DNA of 43,278 nt, from positions 1 through 43,278 of the IMG/VR virus record IMGVR_UViG_3300030095_000993; one strand, written 5' to 3'. Shown one piece after another: positions 7,644-18,283 of this stretch (positions within the stretch are counted from its first letter, which is position 1; each line of letters starts with the position of its first letter). Source of the stretch: a virus. Lineage: Duplodnaviria > Caudoviricetes. The position numbers were made by a program, and so were the translations under genes. Below the pieces are notes generated by a model. The model had not been told where the DNA came from. It was given only the letters and a program-made list of their open reading frames with translations, and made no database searches.

Positions 7644-10600
7644 TTAATAAGTGACTCTTTTTCTGTTTTTACTCTTTTTCTTCTTTTTAGGCTTTCTAGT
7701 TTGCACTCCTAACCCAACAAACTCGCCTGAAAACTCAGTAGCAATCTCTTGGAATGAATGCTCTTCTTGTATTCCTTGATATAAATTAACCAATGATATT
7801 GGAAATGCTTTTTCTACTATGGTTGTTAGAGGTAATACATCTTGCCTGGTTACATATCGCTTACCAGTAAACAACTCAATAGTAGTCCCTATCCATGGTG
7901 ATGCTTTGTATTTAAAGAATGTGTTAAGAACTTGAGTAGATAAATCAACTTTTACTTCCTCGCCAGATATTCTTTTAATTGCAGAATCACCAAACTTAGA
8001 TAGTAAACGCATCATAGGCCCCATACCTGCAAAAAAGTCTAATCTTGTTCTGCCCATTTTAATTAATCCAAAGTCAGATTCTTCTGGGTCATCTCCGATC
8101 TCTGCACCTGCTAACACCGCAAGAGTCCCTACAATAGCCCATGTCGTTAATGCTGCTCCCCATTGTCTAGCAATTTCTTCTGCAACTATACGTTCTTCAC
8201 CTTTTAAAAATCCTTTACTTAGTTTAGCCCCACCCTCTAAGCCAACCATAAGTCGTGACATTGCAAATCGAGGCGAGAAGAAAAACGCTGATAGTGCTGT
8301 AGACGCTCCCTCTAATGCATATAAATCACCACGACCAGACGCTGTGTTAATGTAGTGAGCCATAGACTTTAACTCTAACTCAGTAGCATTAGGGTTAGCT
8401 TCTACAAATGCATCGAATGATGCGGCTCTCATAACGTTAAGCATTATAACCATGTGACGCTCTGATGCGCCCATTACAGCAGAAATAGGTCTACCAACAC
8501 CAGGTATTTTGTACACCTGTTCTAGTGCCGCAGAACTAAATGCTTCTTCTGAAGTTAACAACCCTGTATCAAGAGAAGAGAAAAATAGCCCTGCTCCTTG
8601 TCGTATAAGACTCATTTCATCATTATCAAGAATAGTCATTACTTGCGATGCAAACTGAGGGTCAAACATAGCTTTTGCAGACGTTCTAACAGCTTTAGCA
8701 AATTTTACAGGATGACGAACGCCTAATAAGAAAGCCTGTCTAAATACAGCAGACATATCAGCAGTAGCCATAAATGCACGAGGTAATGATATATAATCAG
8801 CAACACGCTCTAACGTAGTCTTAGGCTTTAAGTCGTTGATAGCTCTACGAATCAATCGTTCATTTTCTCTTTGTACAATAAGTAAATCTTTTAACTCTGG
8901 ATCAAGTATCTCTTTCTTTTCTTTAGGCGTTAAATATGTCGCAAAGTCTTTTTCTCGCACGATACGCTCTTGCTCTTCAATCTTAGCCAACACATTTGCT
9001 TTACGCTTCTCTTCAAATTTAATCTGTTGCATTTGCTGATACCACTCTTGCTGACGTATCTGCTCTTGTAACTCATTAATTGTTTCAGTGTATTCAGTTT
9101 CTGTTTTTATTTGAGGAGCATCTCTTTCAGGTAACCGGCCGGTTTCAAGTATCTCAGTCAGCTCTGCGATACGGTCTTGCTGTTTAAGAAGTCTTTGTTT
9201 TTCCTTAATACTAACCTGTACATCATTAAGTTTAGCTTGCTGTTTAGGCGCTACATTAGCTCGATACCAACCTGCAACCTGGCTAGTTAACTCATCTAGT
9301 CTAGCTTTCTGTTCTGCTTCTAGTCTTGCCTTACGAGCTTCGTCAGCCTTAATGCGTCTGGTTTCTTTTATTTGACCTTCAAGTAATGCTATCTCTGCAC
9401 GATACTGTTCTAGTCTTTGTGACTGAGGGTTACGTTTTGTTCTAGCAAACTTAGGTGGCTCACCATAATCAATAATAGTGCGAAGCAAAATCAACTTGTC
9501 TTGCGCCCGGAGTTCAGCACGTTTGGTAAACAGACGGTCTGCCATATCACTTATGCGCTCTGATTGTTTCTTACTAGGTTTTCTAACTGGTCGGTACAAA
9601 CCTTCTATCATCAACTCAATGTTGTTAATCTCTGCCAACATACGAGCAGCGGCAGCATCCTCTCTTGCGCTTTCTCTTGATGCTTTCTTTAGCTCTTCTA
9701 GTTTAGCTCTTAACGCTTGCACCTCAACAGACTTAGGGGCTTGCACACGATCTGGGTCAAACAAGTTATCCATTGCGTTGTTGATTTGTACAATAAGATC
9801 AGACTGTAAAGTTAAAGCCTTGAGTATTTTGCGAGCTTCAGTTTCTGTTTTAGGGATACGCTGTACTCGGCCCGATATAGCACCATATATGTCGTACTCT
9901 AACGTATCAGGTAACACGCCTTTGATTTCATTTACAACAGAATCAAGATCATTGTAACCTTCGTATACTAGAACTTTAGCCATTTCACGGATGTCAATTG
10001 CTAGAGATGGTGATATATTAAACAACTGGGTTTTACCAAATCCTTCAATATTGTAACCTTTATTTTTAAGACGCTTTATTAGCTTATCTTTTTGGTTTAA
10101 TGATTTTTTAGCAGCCTTAGTCCCTCGATCTGATTGGGCTTTTTTAATAAACAAGTTACCTGCTTTTATATCTGTGTCACGAACAGTTGTGTATTGCTTG
10201 TTTTGATAATCAATAATCTTAGATTGAGTTTTTTCCCACTTAGCTTGTGCGTCCGCTATGTTTTTTTGTTCTTCTGGAGTTAAGTCTCCTGAGTTACCTA
10301 AACGACTCTTAGCAGCAGAAGCTCGTCTTATACAGCTTGCTAGTGAGTAATCGTTGTTAAGTGCAATCCGTCTAGCATTTAAAGCACGGCCTGTAGCAGA
10401 ACCAGACTTAGCATCAGCTTTTACTAACAAACTCATTTCAGCTAACTTGTCCTCATACTTGCGAGATAGGTCAACCGATGTGTTTCCATATTGTGCGTTT
10501 TCCATTGCGTCACGAAGCTCTTCAATCTCATTACGCAACTGTGTAACACGATAAACAAACATTGCGTGTTGTTGGTCGCTTAGTATTAAATCTTCTTCAA

Positions 10601-13600
10601 GTGCCTGTAGAGCTAAGTTTTTAACATCGATAGGGTTGCAGTTCTTAGCGGCATTGGCTATTAATGTGGCAAACCGCTTGCCTCTAGGGCTAGATAAAAC
10701 TTCACCCATATTCATTAATAATATTTTTATTTCTTTCTTAGTTAACTTAGTAGCACCTTCAATCGTTTCATCAGGGAACAATTGATCTTCATCAACGAAC
10801 TCATCATAAAATTCATCTGGGTCATCTAAATCAACATCAACCTCATCATCAAAATCTTCTGGCTCTTCTGCTGCCTCACGCTCTCGTTCAAGTTGTTGAC
10901 GTTCAGCTGCTTCTCTTTCCTGTCTAGCAATCTCTATTTGACGCTCTAAGAAGTCATCTGGTAACTGTGCTTTACCAATCATAGGAGCAATAAATTCTCT
11001 AGTAATAACGCCTTGTATTCCGTTGCCAAGCATTGCTCGATTAAGTTGTACGTTATCAGACATAGTAGCGTCTGTAGGTAAATTCATATATGCTAAGTAC
11101 ATTTCGGTAGTACCACGCTTAACAAGAAACCCTATATTATCATACGCATCTTTTACTTGCTTAACAGTAGCTCCGTAGTATTTAGCGGTATACTTTAGTC
11201 CTTTTTCTTGTACCATTTTACGAACAGGAAGTGCAATACGCATAACCGCAGATGAGCCATACAAAGAGCCATCTTCTAACTTTTTCTTTTCTTTTATTCC
11301 GGCTTTTCGTTTCTTTTCATCATAAACAAAGTTAGCTGTTAACGCATGACCTGCTCCCCCCTGCGGCTTAAAGAAACCATCACCACCCGGTGCAATGTAT
11401 GCTACGTTAGGGTTAAAGTTGTGATCGTATATTCTTCCTAGAAGGTCTTGTACAATCTTCATATTTTTACCGCTTCTACCTTCAAACTGTATTGCTTCAT
11501 CTACAGGTGCTTCAGGTATAAACTTAGCTATAGCGGGATACCAGTCGCCATCTCTATGTTCTTTAGGCATATCTGGCAATGGTGTTTTAGATGCTCTAAC
11601 GATTAAACGTGTACGCATTGAGTTACCACCATAGTTCTGTGCGTCTGGTGTTGATTCTTCAACGTAGTAACCCGCTTTGCCTAGAGCTTTGCGAATAACG
11701 GCATACTGCGCTGAGTCTTGATATGCAGGTGCATTCTCAATAGTTATGTTATCTGGTTGTACCTCTGTAATAATCTTAGCTAGTTTACGAGCAATCTTCA
11801 TTTCTAGCTTAAAATCTTCTTCAGTTACTTTGCCTTTTTCTCTAGCAGCACTAAAAGCCTGGCAAGGCGGTGACATATGTATAAACTGCACACCTTTATC
11901 AATTAGCTCTTGGACTTTTAGTTTTAAAACATCTGTAGGTATTTCAGCAGTGCCATGAGTAAGGTTGTATGTATCAATAAGGCTTTGTTCAATTTCAGCA
12001 GTAGATACAACTTCAAATCCCATTGCATCTAGAAGGGCTAACTCTACTGTACCCAACCCAGAGAAGAATGTAGCAATCTTAATCTTTTTCTTAGGAGTGT
12101 CTTCTTCTGCTAACTGAAACTTGCCATCATCTCGCAAAATTCCTAATGCTTCTTTCTGTGCTTTTTTCTGTAAACGAAACTTAGGATGATCTAGCGTTAC
12201 TATTTCTGGGTTCTTAGCAAATACTAAACCACCAATCTGTACAACCTCTTCCGCACTAAGCACAGGCATGCCAACCTTATCGCCCTCTCTAACGTAGAAA
12301 AACGAACGTCTAAAGGGGTTAAATCCGACCTGAGTCCAGTCAGGATCATTCATTAATTGTTGACCTAACTCATAGTTTTCTTGATCTGTAGAGTCTACAT
12401 ACTCACCTCGAATCGTGGAAACAGGCCCCTTTTTATCTAAACCTACAGCAATTTTAGCTCCTCTTAATGTTGGGGCTAGCATTTCTACATTTTTGGCTCT
12501 AGCTGTTGCTTGGTATGAAATAACATCAGTACCTTTACCTTCATGAATTGTTACTACATATTTACCTACACGATTGCCTTGCTTGTCTTGTTTCATGTAA
12601 GCAGGAATATCTAACCGTAACTTTACTATATCACCTTCTTTTGGTCTTTTATTTACCTTAGGTGCTTGGTCTTTCTTTAAAACATCTTTCATCTGCTTGA
12701 TGGTTGGTAGTTCTGGCAGTATATCAAATCTACGAATGGGATCAAACTTCTGCTGTATCTCTACAAACTGCTCGTATGTAATCTCACCCGCAAAGTAACG
12801 CTTAATAGCTTGTACCACCTGAGGTATGCGATCAAAGTTAAGCATATAATCTGACGACAACTGAGCCTTGCCTTGAGTATGTACAGTAAACGGTTTAGAT
12901 ACTCCAGAAGAAGGTGGAAACAATTTCCCCTTGGCTTTTCCTGTAATTTGTTTCCCAGTATTAGGGTTAATAACTGCTGTATCCCACATATAACGATCTT
13001 TTAACATGTGTATAACAGGTTTGTCGCCATCTACAGACGCAACCGCAAACGGATAAGATGGGTGTGAGTCAGTTTTAATTAATTTAAGAGGGCCTTTTAT
13101 TTCTAAAACAGCATATAATTGACCTCCCTTTTGTCTATCGATAGCTAACTCGCTTTCAATAGCATTTTTAAGAACTGGTTCAGCAAGCATTTCTGACAAG
13201 TGACGAATACCTACTCTTCCGTAACCACCAGGTTTTTGAACAAGTTTAGCGGCAGATGCTTCTTTTCTAATTTCTGTGTTATATATTTTTATACTGCTGT
13301 AATATTTTAAAAGTTGTTTTGCGAATCTAGGTTTTTTTTCTGCTAACAATCCAACTTCATTAATTAAATCGTTAACAAACGCAGTTCTGGCTTTAAATGA
13401 AGATTCAGTAGCCCCTAATGCTTGTTGAATATAAAACATAGACAACTCTTGAGAAAAACCTTTAGGGGCAGTTTCTTTAATTTTAAGGGGCTTGGCTGCA
13501 CGTTTAACTATTGTTTCAAATTCTGACTGAGTAAATGAAAAATCTGGGTCGTTTGCCATATCAGAAAAAACATCTAATATTGCGTTTGATCCTACACTTG

Positions 13601-16600
13601 AGCCTAACACTTTAGTTCTTGGAGCAGATGTTAAACCCATAAGAATAATGCCACCATTTGCTCTTGCTACTTCGTTAAGATTAGTAACAAGCGATACAGC
13701 TCCTGATTGTGTGCTTGCCCAAAAATACCCTTGCTCATTAAATTTAAGAGGATAAAACACACCCCCTTTTCCTTTAACTAAAACTCTACCATTACGTTCG
13801 ATGCTACCAGAAAAAGCGGAGTCTGGCTGATGCAACATAATAGTCATGCCATTAAAGTTTCTAATGCTTCTGTCTCTTGTAATAAATCCTTTTGCCTCAA
13901 GCTCATCCCACTGTTGGCTATCCATATCGTAGTAGTAAGATAGGTTGCTATCTTCATCGTAGTAGCTTAATTGAAACTTATCTGCTCTAAAGCTAGTCTC
14001 GCCTTGAGATTCGTAGCCTTCTGGCATTTCGGCTGCCATTTCGTCTAATAGGGCTAAATCGTCCTCTAGGATGCGTTCTCCTGCAGTTGTCTTATAAGCT
14101 AATACTCGGAGCATCTCAATGGCTCTTCCTTCATCAGAGAAGGATACAATGCCTTTAAAGATAGTCGCTAGGAAGTCTTGTATCTGTGAACGCAAAGTAG
14201 GCTTTAATGCATCGTAGTTATTAAGAAGTATACTAGCAAGTTGAGCTATACCTTCTTCGTCTAATTCTTTAAGAACTCGCTCTGATGATGCAGCATCTCC
14301 TTCTTCAAGCAATCTAGCTGATAAATCAATGTACATTTGCTGAAACGCTTTAATCTCTGATTTTGTTTTTTCACTTAAAGAATGTTTGAGCATTTGATTT
14401 AAAATTCGATCTGCCGCAACTCTTATATTTTCAGTGTTCTTAAATTTTTGATGAAATACAGCGTGTACAACTTCGTGTGCTACAGTACCTTGTGTTGCAG
14501 AGTCACCATTAAGAAAAATAGTATTCTTCATATCATAGTAACCATTGCCAAATGCACCAGTGCGTTTTATAAAGTCATCGTTGTTATCTATTAAAACTAC
14601 TTCTACACCAGGGGCGACTACACCCAACGCTCGTTCTGTTCGCTCGACCATCTTTTTGCGTTCTTTTGCAAGCCTACGCTTTTTGTTTTTATTAACCTTA
14701 GGTTTACGTTCTTCAGTCTCTGCTGTTTGGTCTACATCATCTGTAGCTTCATTTACTTTTTGCTCTATAGGTGTTCCGTATTGTTCTATAGTTTGTTTAA
14801 CAGCAGCTTTACGAGCTTCTTCAATAGTTTGTCCTTCTGCAACCTCAAGAGAACCATCAAATTCACCATTTATAATATTATTAATAACAGTTTCTGTGTC
14901 TGCATTAATATCGTACTCTTGGTCAAGCTCTACACCCGCTACTGTAAAAGGTTTACGATCTACTTGCTCATCAGGCTCTTCTTCGTCAGGAAATTCTGTT
15001 TCTAGTGCTTCATCAACAACATCAAGTATCAGCTTGTTATAGTCACGCCTGGCTTCTGTGTTACCATATACAGCTTCAACAAAAAGGTCTTTTTCTGTTG
15101 CGTTGCGAATTAAATCACGAAGTTCTTGTTCGTTGTATATAGTAGCCATTTGGTCAAAGTCTGCATCTGTTAGAATTTCACCTCCCATTGTTATACGACC
15201 AGTTTCGTCATATATCTGCGCAGCTTTCTTTTCTTCTATCTTAGCTTTACTGGCTATATCTATAGTTTCATAAACACCATTAATTTCTTCAGTTATAGCT
15301 CTAAACTGTTCTGGGTCACCCGCGGCATCAGCCATTTTACGAGCGTACTCTCTTGCCATAGCCTTACTAAACCCGGAATCTATTAAACCTTGTTCTGTTT
15401 GTCTAACATAATTCCTAGCTTGTACTCCACGAATTGATACGCCTACAGGTGCTAAAATAGCAGATATACGAGCCGAACCCAATGCTGAATCATACAAGCC
15501 ATCGTTCCATGCTACCTTTTCTTTCTCTATACCAAAGTCTTTTGCTTTTTTAATAGCCGCATTAAATACTTGGTTGTATACAAGCTGTTGGCTTAACTCT
15601 TCACCAACATTAAATGCTGCCTCAGGAAAAACTTTTTTTATCTGACTTAACATTGTTCGGGTGTATTCACGCTGAATACTTTGCCCTTTTAGACCTGCTA
15701 ACTTTTTAAAACTTTTAGTCTGAAAGTATTCAATACCACCTGACACAGCGGCATATAAACTTGCGTATGTTTGGGCTAAGTCATATCGAGTAAGCAACTC
15801 GTTATACTCTTCATCGTTCCCGCTAAATTCTTTTCTTTTAGGTAACATTCTAGGAACATCAAAAATATCTTCAAATGCTTCTAGAGAATGTTTCTTTTCC
15901 TGTGCATACATAAAAGACATGCCTGCCCAAGCGGGCATAAATCCTCCCGCAAAGTTAGGAGCATTAGTTAAAAATGCCGCAAACATTGCTGATACTGATA
16001 AAGCGTCAGAGTCTCCTGCTCTCGCCCTAAGTTCTTCAATATCGCCTCTCATTTCTTCTGGCACAAGATTAATAAATTCATCTATCTTAGATCGTCTAAC
16101 TGAGTATTCTTCTTTAATTTCTTTTGCATACTCAGGCATAAGTGCGGTTTCAAGTCCTTCTTGTAAAAGACTAAACCCTCTTAAAAATTCTTCAGTAACC
16201 CCTTCTCCCGCTTCTAAAATAACACCTAATGTACCATTCAACCATTCTTTAGCTTCTAGGTTTTCGTAATCACCTGTGTAAAACTGTAACTCTTTTTCCT
16301 GTTTTTGCTTGATAGCGGTATAGTCAATATCTTCTGAATCAATCCCATAGGTTCTCCGTATTGCTCCATCAACTTCGCCATCGTTCATATCACGACCATA
16401 TTGCGCTCTAAAGCCATTACCATAACGCAATCGATAAAAGTCTCTAACTGCAACACGATCAGCCATAGCCATACCCATGTCACTGCTATATAGCTCTATA
16501 TCAGACCTGTCAGTTACTTGTCTAATAGGGTTAAAGCCTAAAGCCTTAAATGAGTCCGTATGAATAGTATCAGCAATACGAGGCTCAGTTCTTTTATTTT

Positions 16601-16607
16601 CAATCAT
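7644..16607 (-). CDS. Giant internal virion (gp16-position) polyvalent protein with zincin metallopeptidase and C5 cytosine DNA methyltransferase domains
   Basis: Third gene after tail tubular B. HEVVH at aa 711-715. MTase motifs FFSGLG, PPCQAFS, TIENAP, RxRLIV and LGNGI in aa ~1500-1877. Helical C-terminal third. Confidence 0.85.
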   Translation of the reverse strand: MIENKRTEPRIADTIHTDSFKALGFNPIRQVTDRSDIELYSSDMGMAMADRVAVRDFYRLRYGNGFRAQYGRDMNDGEVDGAIRRTYGIDSEDIDYTAIKQKQEKELQFYTGDYENLEAKEWLNGTLGVILEAGEGVTEEFLRGFSLLQEGLETALMPEYAKEIKEEYSVRRSKIDEFINLVPEEMRGDIEELRARAGDSDALSVSAMFAAFLTNAPNFAGGFMPAWAGMSFMYAQEKKHSLEAFEDIFDVPRMLPKRKEFSGNDEEYNELLTRYDLAQTYASLYAAVSGGIEYFQTKSFKKLAGLKGQSIQREYTRTMLSQIKKVFPEAAFNVGEELSQQLVYNQVFNAAIKKAKDFGIEKEKVAWNDGLYDSALGSARISAILAPVGVSIRGVQARNYVRQTEQGLIDSGFSKAMAREYARKMADAAGDPEQFRAITEEINGVYETIDIASKAKIEEKKAAQIYDETGRITMGGEILTDADFDQMATIYNEQELRDLIRNATEKDLFVEAVYGNTEARRDYNKLILDVVDEALETEFPDEEEPDEQVDRKPFTVAGVELDQEYDINADTETVINNIINGEFDGSLEVAEGQTIEEARKAAVKQTIEQYGTPIEQKVNEATDDVDQTAETEERKPKVNKNKKRRLAKERKKMVERTERALGVVAPGVEVVLIDNNDDFIKRTGAFGNGYYDMKNTIFLNGDSATQGTVAHEVVHAVFHQKFKNTENIRVAADRILNQMLKHSLSEKTKSEIKAFQQMYIDLSARLLEEGDAASSERVLKELDEEGIAQLASILLNNYDALKPTLRSQIQDFLATIFKGIVSFSDEGRAIEMLRVLAYKTTAGERILEDDLALLDEMAAEMPEGYESQGETSFRADKFQLSYYDEDSNLSYYYDMDSQQWDELEAKGFITRDRSIRNFNGMTIMLHQPDSAFSGSIERNGRVLVKGKGGVFYPLKFNEQGYFWASTQSGAVSLVTNLNEVARANGGIILMGLTSAPRTKVLGSSVGSNAILDVFSDMANDPDFSFTQSEFETIVKRAAKPLKIKETAPKGFSQELSMFYIQQALGATESSFKARTAFVNDLINEVGLLAEKKPRFAKQLLKYYSSIKIYNTEIRKEASAAKLVQKPGGYGRVGIRHLSEMLAEPVLKNAIESELAIDRQKGGQLYAVLEIKGPLKLIKTDSHPSYPFAVASVDGDKPVIHMLKDRYMWDTAVINPNTGKQITGKAKGKLFPPSSGVSKPFTVHTQGKAQLSSDYMLNFDRIPQVVQAIKRYFAGEITYEQFVEIQQKFDPIRRFDILPELPTIKQMKDVLKKDQAPKVNKRPKEGDIVKLRLDIPAYMKQDKQGNRVGKYVVTIHEGKGTDVISYQATARAKNVEMLAPTLRGAKIAVGLDKKGPVSTIRGEYVDSTDQENYELGQQLMNDPDWTQVGFNPFRRSFFYVREGDKVGMPVLSAEEVVQIGGLVFAKNPEIVTLDHPKFRLQKKAQKEALGILRDDGKFQLAEEDTPKKKIKIATFFSGLGTVELALLDAMGFEVVSTAEIEQSLIDTYNLTHGTAEIPTDVLKLKVQELIDKGVQFIHMSPPCQAFSAAREKGKVTEEDFKLEMKIARKLAKIITEVQPDNITIENAPAYQDSAQYAVIRKALGKAGYYVEESTPDAQNYGGNSMRTRLIVRASKTPLPDMPKEHRDGDWYPAIAKFIPEAPVDEAIQFEGRSGKNMKIVQDLLGRIYDHNFNPNVAYIAPGGDGFFKPQGGAGHALTANFVYDEKKRKAGIKEKKKLEDGSLYGSSAVMRIALPVRKMVQEKGLKYTAKYYGATVKQVKDAYDNIGFLVKRGTTEMYLAYMNLPTDATMSDNVQLNRAMLGNGIQGVITREFIAPMIGKAQLPDDFLERQIEIARQEREAAERQQLEREREAAEEPEDFDDEVDVDLDDPDEFYDEFVDEDQLFPDETIEGATKLTKKEIKILLMNMGEVLSSPRGKRFATLIANAAKNCNPIDVKNLALQALEEDLILSDQQHAMFVYRVTQLRNEIEELRDAMENAQYGNTSVDLSRKYEDKLAEMSLLVKADAKSGSATGRALNARRIALNNDYSLASCIRRASAAKSRLGNSGDLTPEEQKNIADAQAKWEKTQSKIIDYQNKQYTTVRDTDIKAGNLFIKKAQSDRGTKAAKKSLNQKDKLIKRLKNKGYNIEGFGKTQLFNISPSLAIDIREMAKVLVYEGYNDLDSVVNEIKGVLPDTLEYDIYGAISGRVQRIPKTETEARKILKALTLQSDLIVQINNAMDNLFDPDRVQAPKSVEVQALRAKLEELKKASRESAREDAAAARMLAEINNIELMIEGLYRPVRKPSKKQSERISDMADRLFTKRAELRAQDKLILLRTIIDYGEPPKFARTKRNPQSQRLEQYRAEIALLEGQIKETRRIKADEARKARLEAEQKARLDELTSQVAGWYRANVAPKQQAKLNDVQVSIKEKQRLLKQQDRIAELTEILETGRLPERDAPQIKTETEYTETINELQEQIRQQEWYQQMQQIKFEEKRKANVLAKIEEQERIVREKDFATYLTPKEKKEILDPELKDLLIVQRENERLIRRAINDLKPKTTLERVADYISLPRAFMATADMSAVFRQAFLLGVRHPVKFAKAVRTSAKAMFDPQFASQVMTILDNDEMSLIRQGAGLFFSSLDTGLLTSEEAFSSAALEQVYKIPGVGRPISAVMGASERHMVIMLNVMRAASFDAFVEANPNATELELKSMAHYINTASGRGDLYALEGASTALSAFFFSPRFAMSRLMVGLEGGAKLSKGFLKGEERIVAEEIARQWGAALTTWAIVGTLAVLAGAEIGDDPEESDFGLIKMGRTRLDFFAGMGPMMRLLSKFGDSAIKRISGEEVKVDLSTQVLNTFFKYKASPWIGTTIELFTGKRYVTRQDVLPLTTIVEKAFPISLVNLYQGIQEEHSFQEIATEFSGEFVGLGVQTRKPKKKKKSKNRKRVTY

Positions 16608-16608
16608 G

Positions 16609-18282
16609 TTATCCTTCGATTAAACCTTGACGAGTTAATTCTTCAACAGGGTCAATTCTGCGTATTCCGGGATCACCAGTTACAGGGTCTGGCGGCATAT
16701 AATATTCTTCAAATAATGTAGACCTTGACTGAGGACTTAGAATACCCATAGCTTTGTTATGGTATAAACGAGTTTTATATTCGAGATAGTCATCAAATTG
16801 AGTGTTAATAAAATCGTATACAGCACGTTCGTTCTTAGAGTTTCTTTTAAGATTTCCGTTAGCATCAAATTCCAAAGGTTTAATCCCGCCTAATTGTTCA
16901 AACATTTTACCTGCTTGCAAAATCTCATTTCTAGCTTGAACTTGTGGCATTCTTGAAGGGCCTCGTGCTTCAGTAACCTCTGGAACTGGTTTGTTCATTT
17001 GTCGTGCATTTTTAATATAGTTAAGAAAGTCATTCTTTCGTGTTACCAAGTCACGCTTTTTAAGGTCTGAAGGCATGTGAGTAGTAGCATCGTCATATTG
17101 TTTCCAATATATTTCCCACGCCCAAGCGTCATCCGAATCGTAAACGCCTTTTTCTTCATTGCGAACAAAAACATCAAACCCTTGTGGTGTTTTCATTCGG
17201 TCAACTAAAACCTCAATATAACTATTTTTAAACTGTTCATCCATATTGCTAGTTATAACATCTTCAAATATAGAATTAAATTCTTTAGCAGGGTTTTTAG
17301 TTTTTCCTAAAAATAAGTTTTCAATTCTTCTATCAAAACCCTCTAAGTCTTGTATTGACGCTTCTTCGTCATCTTCAAAATCTTTTCTTAAAGTTCTTAT
17401 TTGTTTGGCCTGCTCTTGAAGCATACCTCTTTTAAGATCTTTCGGAATGTCTAATGCATTAATTTGATCAGCGTCAAGCGCACCTGCACGTAGTAATGTC
17501 CTTGATTCATCAATAATTCTAGCAGTAGTGTCGTTATAATATTTTTGAGCGGCTTGGTTTGCCTTTTGAAGCACAACCCCTTGATCGTTTTCGCTCATTT
17601 GTTTAAATCTAGGGGTTTGCATTAAATCAATAACCTGTGACTCATCTGTTATAGCTTCTGCTTTTGATGTAAAATACGCCTTATTGCTTTCAGTTATAAA
17701 GTTATCAGCAGCAGTTTTTGTAATATAGCCATTAGTAACCATATCATTAATACGCTGAACGCCATCTTCGTATTTGTTTTCAGTCATAATCATAAGGCCA
17801 GCTTCTTGCTGTATGTTTGCCACATGATTTTCAGTAGCCTTCTTAACTCGATCAACACGCTCCATCTTAATCATGTTGCTAAAGTCCATATCAGCAGTCT
17901 CAATAATACGACCTGCAACACGCTTAGAATATCCTTGGTTTAAAAGACTGTTACGAAACTCATTAATCTTAGGCTGTAATACTTTTTCTTCGTAATTCTG
18001 ATAACCAATATTTGGGTCTTCAAGAGCCTTTTGTTTCTCTAATATCATATCGTTCTGAAACTCTACCATACGTCTATTAGCATCAGATATAGATGATTCA
18101 TCTTCTAATGTCTTAAACTTTTCAATACCCTTTTGAACACCTGCTCCAAGGTTTTCTACGCCTCCTGCAATGTCATTAGCAATTTGACCTATAGCTTGTA
18201 TCTCAGCAGATGCATCATACATTACGCCAGGTGCTTGATCACTTATTCCTACTTGTTGTTGATATAAAGGTATCTTTGGCAT
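16609..18282 (-). CDS. Internal virion protein (gp15 position)
   Basis: Synteny and helical composition. The MPKIPLY start at 18282 follows the upstream stop. Confidence 0.7.
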   Translation of the reverse strand: MPKIPLYQQQVGISDQAPGVMYDASAEIQAIGQIANDIAGGVENLGAGVQKGIEKFKTLEDESSISDANRRMVEFQNDMILEKQKALEDPNIGYQNYEEKVLQPKINEFRNSLLNQGYSKRVAGRIIETADMDFSNMIKMERVDRVKKATENHVANIQQEAGLMIMTENKYEDGVQRINDMVTNGYITKTAADNFITESNKAYFTSKAEAITDESQVIDLMQTPRFKQMSENDQGVVLQKANQAAQKYYNDTTARIIDESRTLLRAGALDADQINALDIPKDLKRGMLQEQAKQIRTLRKDFEDDEEASIQDLEGFDRRIENLFLGKTKNPAKEFNSIFEDVITSNMDEQFKNSYIEVLVDRMKTPQGFDVFVRNEEKGVYDSDDAWAWEIYWKQYDDATTHMPSDLKKRDLVTRKNDFLNYIKNARQMNKPVPEVTEARGPSRMPQVQARNEILQAGKMFEQLGGIKPLEFDANGNLKRNSKNERAVYDFINTQFDDYLEYKTRLYHNKAMGILSPQSRSTLFEEYYMPPDPVTGDPGIRRIDPVEELTRQGLIEG

Positions 18283-18283
18283 T

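Noticed and set aside
8836-16269. Several plus-strand ORFs inside the giant gene
   Set aside because: Antisense shadows rich in S/L/I, with no motifs or RBS.
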